Assembly (NCBI GenBank): GCA_039915165.1
Contig: JBDSNU010000018.1
Span: forward strand, 166,617 to 230,616
From: Minisyncoccota bacterium
GTDB lineage: Bacteria; Patescibacteriota; Minisyncoccia; Phycocordibacterales; UBA9973
Reading direction: 5' to 3'
DNA length: 64,000 nucleotides
Made by a program: the position numbers and the translations under genes. The notes under the pieces were generated by a model, which made no database searches, was not told the DNA's origin, and saw only the letters and a list, made by a program, of their open reading frames with translations. This document shows, piece by piece, positions 23,477 to 31,387 of the stretch; within the stretch, counting starts at the first letter, position 1, and each line of letters opens with the position of its first letter.

Positions 23477-23556
23477 GCGGTCGTACCCGCCCGAACGTAT
23501 CGATTTAAATGATCAATTCAATATTCGGTACGGGCGGGGCTCTGCTGGTTAGAGCG
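23477..23556 (+). pseudogene. duplicated 5' fragment of tRNA-Asp interrupted by a 53-bp palindromic insert
   Basis: GCGGTCGTA[insert 23486-23538]GCTCTGCTGGTTAGAGCG matches 26 of the first 27 nt of tRNA-Asp. Confidence 0.85.
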
Positions 23557-23564
23557 ATCAATAT

Positions 23565-23804
23565 ATGTATACTGTCTACGTCTTACAAGATGACAAAGGT
23601 AATTTCTATAAAGGATTCACCAATGATCTTGCTAGACGTTTCAGTGAGCATGTAACTGGTCAAACCAAAACAACCAGAAAGATGTCTGGATTAAAAATTG
23701 TATACACTGAAGAATACGAGACATTACAAGAAGCTCGTACCAGAGAAGTTTATTTTAAAACTTCTGCTGGTCGAAGATTCTTGAAAGAAAAATTGCGGTC
23801 GTAG
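23565..23804 (+). CDS. small GIY-YIG nuclease
   Basis: YTVYVLQ...FYKGFTNDLARRFSEH...EARTREVYFK; stop lies inside tRNA-Asp. Confidence 0.9.
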   Translation: MYTVYVLQDDKGNFYKGFTNDLARRFSEHVTGQTKTTRKMSGLKIVYTEEYETLQEARTREVYFKTSAGRRFLKEKLRS

Positions 23805-23868
23805 CTCAGCTGGTTAGAGCGCCCGCCTGTCACGCGGGAGGTCGGCGGTTCAAGTCCGCTCGATCGCG
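23795..23868 (+). tRNA. tRNA-Asp(GTC)
   Basis: GCGGTCG/CGATCGC acceptor, CCCGC-CTGTCAC-GCGGG anticodon arm, GTTCAAGTC T-loop. Confidence 0.95.
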
Positions 23869-25479
23869 CAGAACTGGACAAAGCACCCCTAAACGGGTGT
23901 TTTGTCCTTTTATGGCAAAGGTTTTTCTCAGTTCCGACCGATTTATTTCCTTCTCAACGGCCTTACGCTTCTTATTGATCGGTTCTAGCCATATACACGG
24001 TAAAATAAAGAGTTCTTCGTCCTTTATGGTGTGGTTCCAACCAAGATCCATAAGTATGCTTTTCTTCTCCTCTAGGGATGTTTCAGGGTTATCAAATTTG
24101 GCTTTGGCGGTATGAGCAAAGTTAAAGACCTTTTCAGTGTGCTGTAGCCAGTTACGGCCAGAATCCTGTGTTTCGCCAGCCTTTTGCTTTAAGACTGCCA
24201 TTCGGTCAGTCAAAGCCTTCTTTCTCGTGGCATATTGCTCATCATTGATAAGCTCACGCATTCGCATCGTTATAAGGCTGTCCAGCTCCCTCTGGGAGGT
24301 TTCTATGGCACTTATTTGTGATTGGTACACTGCTTCTCGTTCCTCTGCTTCCTCGGAGTATTCTTCCTGTAAAATGCGTAAAGCCCAGTCTCGGAATTTC
24401 TCTGAAATGGTGTACTTATCTATTTCTGTTTTAATCATCGTTTCTACATCTCCCACGGGCATGTATTTTCTCTGGGTGCAGTCCTGGGCTCCTTTCTTGC
24501 GGTGGGAACAATAATAGAACGTATAATCTTTGAGCTCATTGGTAGTTTTTACAAGCTTGGTTTTTTCACAAGCAGTAATGCTACTACCACACTCACCACA
24601 AAGCATGGCTCCTGTATAAGCAAACTCATGCGTTTTAGCCCGAGGTTTTCCATATCGTCCCAGAAGTTTTTGGACCTTATCAAATTCCGCAGTTGTTACC
24701 ATTGGTTCATGCTCACCGTTACTGAGCTCGCCTCTGTATAAAAACATACCCGTAAAAAAGATATTCGTAAAAATACCGTACATCGTACTTTTGTTAATTG
24801 GATTACCGCCGCGATGTCGTGTTTGTCGTGTTCTCATGCCCCAATCGTCATTCATTATTTTCAAAAGCTTGGGAATAGTGTATTCACCAGTCAGCATTAA
24901 CTGCCAGGCTTTCTTAACCAATTCAAAACGCTCTGGGTCATTGATGATATAGTTTTCTCCACGGACCTCATGTTTTGTATTTAAGTATCCGAGTGGTGCA
25001 AGAATAGGAGCATGACCCTTTGCGACTTTACTGTTTATTCCTCGGCGAACGCCCACTTTCATATCCAAAATAAACTGGTTAGCACTGCCACTTTCCACAC
25101 TGAAAATAATGGCATTGTCATTGGGCTTATATTCTCGGCTCGGCGTAAGAATTGATTGTATCAATCCCTGTTGGAGCATCCATTGGAGCTTGCCACTGTC
25201 GACTGGGTTTCTTGAGAGACGATTTAAGTTATAACAAATTATGCCGTTTGCTTCACCGTTGGTAACACGCTCAAGCATGGCATCGAAGATTGGTCGTTTG
25301 TTTGGTTCTTTTGCCGAACCTTCTTCAGTCAAAACATCTACTGGTTTTATACCGTAGCGTTTTGCAACCGCTTCGTCTTCTCGGAGCTGGTCCGGGATAG
25401 ATTGAGCCTGTTTTTCATCTCCTTCTTGCGACTTGCGAGCATAAATGAAGTATTTAATTTTTGAATAATCATTAGTCAT
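23830..25479 (-). CDS. large serine recombinase (resolvase + recombinase + Zn ribbon + coiled coil)
   Basis: YARKS catalytic motif, SAK...R, RLSRN, GYLN, CGECG...YYC..C; last ~13 codons antisense to tRNA-Asp. Confidence 0.95.
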   Translation of the reverse strand: MTNDYSKIKYFIYARKSQEGDEKQAQSIPDQLREDEAVAKRYGIKPVDVLTEEGSAKEPNKRPIFDAMLERVTNGEANGIICYNLNRLSRNPVDSGKLQWMLQQGLIQSILTPSREYKPNDNAIIFSVESGSANQFILDMKVGVRRGINSKVAKGHAPILAPLGYLNTKHEVRGENYIINDPERFELVKKAWQLMLTGEYTIPKLLKIMNDDWGMRTRQTRHRGGNPINKSTMYGIFTNIFFTGMFLYRGELSNGEHEPMVTTAEFDKVQKLLGRYGKPRAKTHEFAYTGAMLCGECGSSITACEKTKLVKTTNELKDYTFYYCSHRKKGAQDCTQRKYMPVGDVETMIKTEIDKYTISEKFRDWALRILQEEYSEEAEEREAVYQSQISAIETSQRELDSLITMRMRELINDEQYATRKKALTDRMAVLKQKAGETQDSGRNWLQHTEKVFNFAHTAKAKFDNPETSLEEKKSILMDLGWNHTIKDEELFILPCIWLEPINKKRKAVEKEINRSELRKTFAIKGQNTRLGVLCPVLRDRADLNRRPPA

Positions 25480-25480
25480 A

Positions 25481-25654
25481 TTACTTGTTACTTGCCTTCT
25501 TCAAGGAGGCATCAAAATCCTTTTTCTCAATGCGGAACTCTTTGCCGAGCTTATAGGCCTTGAGCTTCTTTGCGCCAATCCATCGATAGATCGTCATAAC
25601 ATTCATCCCTAGTTTGTCGGCCAAATCTTTGGCGGTATAAAAGTCTTTTTCCAT
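25481..25654 (-). CDS. HTH_17 excisionase-like protein (57 aa, not in ORF track)
   Basis: MEKDFYTAKDLADKLGMNVMTIYRWIGAKKLKAYKLGKEFRIEKKDFD; directly upstream of the LSR. Confidence 0.85.
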   Translation of the reverse strand: MEKDFYTAKDLADKLGMNVMTIYRWIGAKKLKAYKLGKEFRIEKKDFDASLKKASNK

Positions 25655-25691
25655 ATCTTAATAATACTTTACTATTCTTTACATTGCAAGT

Positions 25692-26807
25692 CTATGAAAT
25701 ACGCTTCATTAACTTCTCCAAAATAGCTTTTTCTTGTTCTGAGAGCATAAGGCTATTGCTTGCGCCTTCCTGGACATCTTTCAATTTCTGAACGATTTTA
25801 ACGGCACTTTCACTGTTCATACTGCCGTAGCCATATGATCCAAAAGTGGTACCGACATTCTCATGTCCTAGATTCATACTGATTGCTCGCTTTTCCTCCT
25901 CAGTCAGTCGCTTCTTGCTCAGAATGTTTACGACCAAGTGGCGGAATGAGTGCGGATGGAAATAGGGCAGGGATACGTTCTTGCATCGTTTCTCAAAAAC
26001 CTTGCGTGCTGCTCCTGTGGCCACCCAAGCATTTTGCCCGACTGTTTGTTTACTGTAGCTGTGTTCTCCATCGACAAAAGCTCCTTCTGTTATCGGAAAG
26101 ATTGGGTCATCAGACTGAAAGTCCTTGGACTCAAGGTATTCATACCATTCCATAAAATACTTTTCTGGATCGTCCCAGCCAATAGGGAAGAAAGTAGTGA
26201 GTATTCTTTTTGAGTTCTTTGTTTTTACTCCGTCACCTGGGTTCTGATCTATTTGCTTCAGTTCCTTATCAAAGGATTTCATTTTCAGTGAAATGATGGC
26301 AGAAATACGAGCACCAGTGATGAGAGCGAAGGAGATAAGAGCTCGATCGCGCATTTCAATTTCTGACTTCCCATTAATACCTTCAATTATTTTTCTGACA
26401 TCATCAAATGTGGGCATTTTCTTTGTGGTCCCTGATCGTGCTATTTGAGCATCAGCTTTTGAGAGACGTAAATAGTCCACATCGCTTTTGAGTATCTTGC
26501 TCTTGTAGCCTGGTTGTTCTGATAGCCATATAAAAAACTTCTTTACACGGCGCAGGTAGTTGGACTGAGTAACAAGCGATATTTTCCCTGACTTTGTTTT
26601 TGAAGGTCGAGTATTGATCCAGTCTGCAAATCCAATTGCCCTGGACTTATCGTAAGCGGAAAAGTCTTCATTTTTGGTGAAAGTTTCCCATTGGTTAATT
26701 GCATCAGCATGGGTAATCACGGAACTTTTGGCAAAACCACGAGCTCCTTTTAACTGTTCAAAGAACTCTCTTTTTATGCGCTCATTTTCATAGGTTGTTT
26801 TTGTCAT
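25692..26807 (-). CDS. tyrosine recombinase/integrase
   Basis: RDRALI...TGARISA, HSFRH, NLGH, GSYG catalytic residues. Confidence 0.92.
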   Translation of the reverse strand: MTKTTYENERIKREFFEQLKGARGFAKSSVITHADAINQWETFTKNEDFSAYDKSRAIGFADWINTRPSKTKSGKISLVTQSNYLRRVKKFFIWLSEQPGYKSKILKSDVDYLRLSKADAQIARSGTTKKMPTFDDVRKIIEGINGKSEIEMRDRALISFALITGARISAIISLKMKSFDKELKQIDQNPGDGVKTKNSKRILTTFFPIGWDDPEKYFMEWYEYLESKDFQSDDPIFPITEGAFVDGEHSYSKQTVGQNAWVATGAARKVFEKRCKNVSLPYFHPHSFRHLVVNILSKKRLTEEEKRAISMNLGHENVGTTFGSYGYGSMNSESAVKIVQKLKDVQEGASNSLMLSEQEKAILEKLMKRIS

Positions 26808-27046
26808 AGAGGTTTATTGAAGGGTAAGGGAGTTGGCTTAAATGGTTTCAACGCACTTACCATGTTTTCGAGTAATGTAATGCCAGGCAGTAAATCATTT
26901 GCCGCCTGAAGCTGTTTTTTCTTGATACAGGCTTTCTGTATTTTTTTCAGATGTTCTATTTCTGACTCCAGTGCTGACGTAACAAATGGGACATTTTTAG
27001 GACTGATATTGAGAGGTATTTTTTCCTCAATGGGTGTTATTTCCAT
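26804..27046 (-). CDS. hypothetical protein
   Basis: ORF overlapping the integrase start (ATGA). Confidence 0.55.
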   Translation of the reverse strand: MEITPIEEKIPLNISPKNVPFVTSALESEIEHLKKIQKACIKKKQLQAANDLLPGITLLENMVSALKPFKPTPLPFNKPL

Positions 27047-27163
27047 AAATTATTTTGGATTATTTTAGTAAGGTATTTTGTCATCGTAATAAGATGCATG
27101 ATTAGTGGTTATAGAGGACATTTAAGTGGGAAGGGAGAATATCATATAGTCCTTTTGGGAGAG

Positions 27164-27508
27164 TTAGATTGTCCGACTCATTCTTCCGTTACAGACACGA
27201 CATAGGGCCATTTTTTGTTTCTGCAGCTTTCTGAGTGAGCCCCGTTTCGCACTTCTTGCGGCTTTGCAGGTAAGACAATAAAACTCACTCCGCTTCAGTT
27301 TGGTTTTCTTTTTCAAGTCCTTTTTTCTTAGAAACTCCTTTATGTCCGAGCCAAGTATGAGGATCCGCTTTTTACCGTTAGTGATGATTGGGAGGCCGTT
27401 TTCTATCCAGCGATGGCAAGTCTTTTCACTGACCTCCAAGCTCTCTGACATTTGTTTAATCGTATAGCTCATTGAGCCATAGATTTTTTGACGGTTAATC
27501 CTTGTCAT
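27164..27508 (-). CDS. MerR/HTH_17-type DNA-binding protein with C-terminal Cys4 Zn ribbon
   Basis: SYTIKQMSESLEVSEKTCHRWIENGL; CLTC...CRVC. Confidence 0.8.
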   Translation of the reverse strand: MTRINRQKIYGSMSYTIKQMSESLEVSEKTCHRWIENGLPIITNGKKRILILGSDIKEFLRKKDLKKKTKLKRSEFYCLTCKAARSAKRGSLRKLQKQKMALCRVCNGRMSRTI

Positions 27509-27512
27509 CGGA

Positions 27513-27692
27513 TTATTTGCGAGGAATAATAATCGTTCGGTCTTTCTTTTGAGCCGTCGGACGATATATCAAAGAAATCAAATGCAAAAGCTTCGTGCCA
27601 TTTTCATAGGCATCTTCTTTGCTGATTTCTACTCCAAAGTGTTCTTTGTACAACTGTTGGAACTCTTTGATATGTTCGTCTGAAAGGACCAC
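27513..27692 (-). CDS. small hypothetical protein (59 aa, not in ORF track)
   Basis: GTG start; MVLSDEHIKEFQQLYKEHFGVEISKEDAYENGTKLLHLISLIYRP; fills the operon gap exactly. Confidence 0.75.
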   Translation of the reverse strand: MVLSDEHIKEFQQLYKEHFGVEISKEDAYENGTKLLHLISLIYRPTAQKKDRTIIIPRK

Positions 27693-27695
27693 GAG

Positions 27696-27977
27696 TTACT
27701 CGCTGTACAGCTTGTTCTTAAGGGCTTTCAGATGGTCAAAGTATGATCTGGCTTTGACTTCCAATTTGTCGCTGAAATATTTATTGGCTACTTCTTCAAT
27801 GCCAGCTTCTTTCTTAAACACAAACAGTGCTTTGCGTGGGTCACTTTTTTGGACCGTGAGAAGCTCAAAATCCGCACAGAGGAGTGCGGCTGATACACCG
27901 AGGTCGTAGGTAGTCCATACAAACGATGGGTCATCGAGCGGTATATTGCTCGATGACGATACTTTATTACTTTTCAT
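27696..27977 (-). CDS. DUF5659-like small protein
   Basis: TYDLGVSAALLC..FEL...RKALFVF...LKNKLYS. Confidence 0.6.
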   Translation of the reverse strand: MKSNKVSSSSNIPLDDPSFVWTTYDLGVSAALLCADFELLTVQKSDPRKALFVFKKEAGIEEVANKYFSDKLEVKARSYFDHLKALKNKLYSE

Positions 27978-28189
27978 ATAGTAATGTTGTTAGGGATTTG
28001 TAATAGGGTGCATAACGACTATGCACTGTATTAATCTTGGTCTTCTAACAATGTTCTGCGTATTTCTTGTGATTTCTGGAAATAAAAAAACACCCTTGTT
28101 ATTCAAGAGTGTTTTATGGAAGCAATAGAGATTTTTTCAAGAAAAGTCACTGCAATAAAAAAAGAGCCCGAAGGCTCTTGAGTGGTGAT

Positions 28190-29086
28190 TTAATTTGGTA
28201 ACTTTAGCTCACACTCCTTTAGCAGGATAAACTTGCTCACAAGCCCATACTTTAGGGCGAGTGTCTTAAAGTCATCAAGATGGTCTGCCCCATAGAGGAC
28301 AACGGCTTTTTTCTTGCGGCCTTTCTTCAAAAGCTCTTCTGCCGTTCTTGCAAGGGCGATTTCGTTCCTGCATCTAATCAGAAGCGGAACGAACTGGTTG
28401 ATAATCTTGGACCGAGTACTACTCGAAACGCTGTTTTCGTCCATCTTAAGGATTTCTGATTCAGCGAAGTTTATCCAATACGGGTTAGTGCCAATAACAT
28501 AGGGCTTTTGCTGGTTTTTCATAAGCCTGTCTACAACGTAGTCATACTTACGAAATCGCTCAAACACTGCAACCGCACGCTGGGCTGGGATGATCGTATC
28601 GATTCCGTACCTGAGCTTCGCGTCCTTACTTACGTCTGCAACAGTTTCCTGTACAAGGTTCTGGTATCTAATCCTGCCGTGAGCGGTAGAGTGCTCGGCC
28701 CCGATAAACAGATACTTGCTTGTATCAATAAGGTTGCCTATAGCGCATTGGCATTTGCCAATAACGGTGTCACTAACAGGCTGCTGCATACCAAATGAGC
28801 TATGAAGCATACCAATGAAATCAATCTTTACTCCCTTAATTGAGTCAAGCACTTTTGTTTCTGCTACTAAGTGCGGATAATCTGCCTTAATAGAGTCGAG
28901 CAGGGTAGCAAGTACTGGTTCTGAAAAAGCACCGAACCATTGGGGTAATTCTCCAATCGCACCTTCCGCAGCTATGGTTGCGTGCGGGGAATTTTGAAAG
29001 TCGTTTGATTGCTGTTGCTCATGGTTTTCATGGCAAGAGAAAAGGCTAAATAACAAGCCAGAGAGAAGAATAAAGACTTTTTTCAT
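28190..29086 (-). CDS. hypothetical lipoprotein
   Basis: lipobox LFSC after a hydrophobic leader; C-terminal YGADH. Confidence 0.65.
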   Translation of the reverse strand: MKKVFILLSGLLFSLFSCHENHEQQQSNDFQNSPHATIAAEGAIGELPQWFGAFSEPVLATLLDSIKADYPHLVAETKVLDSIKGVKIDFIGMLHSSFGMQQPVSDTVIGKCQCAIGNLIDTSKYLFIGAEHSTAHGRIRYQNLVQETVADVSKDAKLRYGIDTIIPAQRAVAVFERFRKYDYVVDRLMKNQQKPYVIGTNPYWINFAESEILKMDENSVSSSTRSKIINQFVPLLIRCRNEIALARTAEELLKKGRKKKAVVLYGADHLDDFKTLALKYGLVSKFILLKECELKLPN

Positions 29087-29224
29087 ATCTTTTATTTTAT
29101 GGTTTAAGTAACTATTGTTTTCATCACAATAGCATATTTATTAAAAAAGTCAAATATAGTGCAATGAAATAAAAAGAAACCCCTGCTATGAAGCAAGGGG
29201 CTTTTTGTTTTTTTGATCTGATTA

Positions 29225-29683
29225 CTAAGGCTGAATGTTGATAAGCTGGGAATACTGACTGGCATACATATACGATGTCGAGGACTTGGTCTGGCTTTGG
29301 TCCTGATATTGAACGATGACGTATATTTGAAATACCTTTCCAAACTGAGTGTATCCGCCAGTATTCTGGTTATCAAACCCAGGCAGCGTAAACGTCTCCG
29401 CGCCATCATCCGCAGTCCCGTCACCATCTGGTGGACCATAAATAGTCTGTGGTACTAACGGGATGTATCCACCATATGTTGTATACATTTCAGCCGTTAC
29501 GGAGCTCCCTTCGGGCATACCAGCCGTCTTCCAGGTAATCGAGATTGCGCCATGCGGATGGTACACAATATCCTTAACGCTAATCGTTATGGAAGGTGTA
29601 ATCGCTGGGTTAATAATCGTTTCTTTCTTACAAGACAGCAGGGTGGTCATTACAACCATTGCGAGTAATAGGGTTCTTTTCAT
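29225..29683 (-). CDS. hypothetical lipoprotein
   Basis: MKRTLLLAMVVMTTLLSCKKE lipoprotein signal. Confidence 0.65.
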   Translation of the reverse strand: MKRTLLLAMVVMTTLLSCKKETIINPAITPSITISVKDIVYHPHGAISITWKTAGMPEGSSVTAEMYTTYGGYIPLVPQTIYGPPDGDGTADDGAETFTLPGFDNQNTGGYTQFGKVFQIYVIVQYQDQSQTKSSTSYMYASQYSQLINIQP

Positions 29684-29774
29684 CTTTATTGTTTTTAAGT
29701 TTGATTTTATATTAACACAATTTATATAAAAAGTCAATAGAACAAAAGCTTATCAAGTTAGCTATACTTTTGGC

Positions 29775-30629
29775 ATGAATAACAAAGTCATTGTGCCCGT
29801 CCTTATCGGTATTATTATCATCGGAGGGATGGCGTACGCTTCCATACTGAGGAAGTCTCCAACAGTAAATTCTCCAACAGCAGAGACTGCTTCTACAATA
29901 TCTCCTGCCTCTACTTCAACAGACCCTAACCAACCACAATCCGTTGCCTCAGCCACAGCTTCATCAAAAGACTGCAGTACTGACATGGGTTGTTTTATTG
30001 CTCAGGCGAATACCTGCGGTCCTGCATCCGTGGAGTTCACCGCTACCATTCTCAAGGGACTAACAGGAACTTCCCATATCGTTATTGGTAAAAGTACAAA
30101 AGCTGGCTCATGTACATTTAACCAGCGGACTGACAAGGTTACAGTGCGTGGACAGAGTGACACCTCTACAGTAGGGACCACAATAGCTTGTCCAGCTATT
30201 CCATCGGCGAAACTTGCCGCAATCCTTACCAATTGGAATGAAAGCACTTTCAGTTCTGAAGACTTCGATGGATATAACTGCAAGACCACTCTTCCAAAGG
30301 CGCTGATTGATGCAATGGCTAAGCAAGACAATACAACACCAGTTGACTCGCAGCCTGACGCCAATACTGCCCACGAGACATTCACGGGATTGGGCGAGGG
30401 CAGTTCTGTCGGTAGAAACGCATACCAGTTTTATGTATCTACAGTAACAAGTAATACAGCTACTATTAAATTGACGGGCCCAGAGGTTAACAATGTGCTT
30501 CCTCCTTCTGTTACTGTCACTCTTACGCTCAATGTTCCTCAATCATACTTAGGCTACAGCTTTACATTGACTGGTGTTAAGTATGACTACGATGAATACA
30601 TCGGAACGATAACCGTAAACCAACTATAA
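29775..30629 (+). CDS. membrane-anchored Ser/Thr/Cys-rich secreted protein
   Basis: N-terminal TM, DC..DMGCFI....C motif. Confidence 0.65.
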   Translation: MNNKVIVPVLIGIIIIGGMAYASILRKSPTVNSPTAETASTISPASTSTDPNQPQSVASATASSKDCSTDMGCFIAQANTCGPASVEFTATILKGLTGTSHIVIGKSTKAGSCTFNQRTDKVTVRGQSDTSTVGTTIACPAIPSAKLAAILTNWNESTFSSEDFDGYNCKTTLPKALIDAMAKQDNTTPVDSQPDANTAHETFTGLGEGSSVGRNAYQFYVSTVTSNTATIKLTGPEVNNVLPPSVTVTLTLNVPQSYLGYSFTLTGVKYDYDEYIGTITVNQL

Positions 30630-30636
30630 TAACAAT

Positions 30637-31284
30637 ATGAAAATAATAAATCAGACAGTTGATCGGATGGAATTGAAAGATGGAAGCGGAGGAAGGATTT
30701 TCTTCGGGCTCGTATTTGTTATTGCAGGTATCGGCAGTAGCTACGTTGCATATGCAAATCATACTGGCGGCTTCTTCCCATATATATTTTCAGCTGTATT
30801 TGCGGTGATAGGTTTGCTGACAGCGGTTAATGCACCCTTTATAAATGTTTCTATCGATAAGTCTGCTGGAAAAATTGTTATCAAGAAAAAGACCATGATA
30901 AGTGGCAGCAACAGTGAATACGATCTAACAAATGTTCAGACCGTGGAGCTTCGCGAGGGTACATATATCATTCAAAATAACAATGGTCAGCAACAGGGAT
31001 TTTCAATGCAATCAACTGCACAGCAGGGACTTTCGTATCAGACCATACTCGTAATGAAAGATGGAACAGAGGTACCCTTGGAAAACATTAAAAACCCATC
31101 GTCAAATTCCAATACGATAAATATCATGGGCGCAAGCACCCCCGTATTGATGGGTGGCAGGGGAGCAATGTTCGCAATATCAAATCAGGTCGCGCAGTTT
31201 ATCGGCGTTCCTTTTAAGGAAATCATGCCAAATGGTATGGCAGCAAACGCTCCTCTAGTTAATTCTTCTGAAATAGTCAATTAA
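30637..31284 (+). CDS. hypothetical 2-TM membrane protein
   Basis: two TM helices followed by a beta-rich domain. Confidence 0.6.
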   Translation: MKIINQTVDRMELKDGSGGRIFFGLVFVIAGIGSSYVAYANHTGGFFPYIFSAVFAVIGLLTAVNAPFINVSIDKSAGKIVIKKKTMISGSNSEYDLTNVQTVELREGTYIIQNNNGQQQGFSMQSTAQQGLSYQTILVMKDGTEVPLENIKNPSSNSNTINIMGASTPVLMGGRGAMFAISNQVAQFIGVPFKEIMPNGMAANAPLVNSSEIVN

Positions 31285-31387
31285 GACGCTCAACAACAGT
31301 CTTTGTGTGCATCCTAAGCTAGGGGTATTAAAAACAGCGTAAAGGTGTTAAATTACCCTCATCCAGTAATGGACCATTACAATTACT

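Noticed and set aside
23477-23868. tRNA intron containing a homing endonuclease
   Set aside because: The downstream tRNA-Asp is complete by itself and the upstream piece is a duplicate. No group I intron core is visible.
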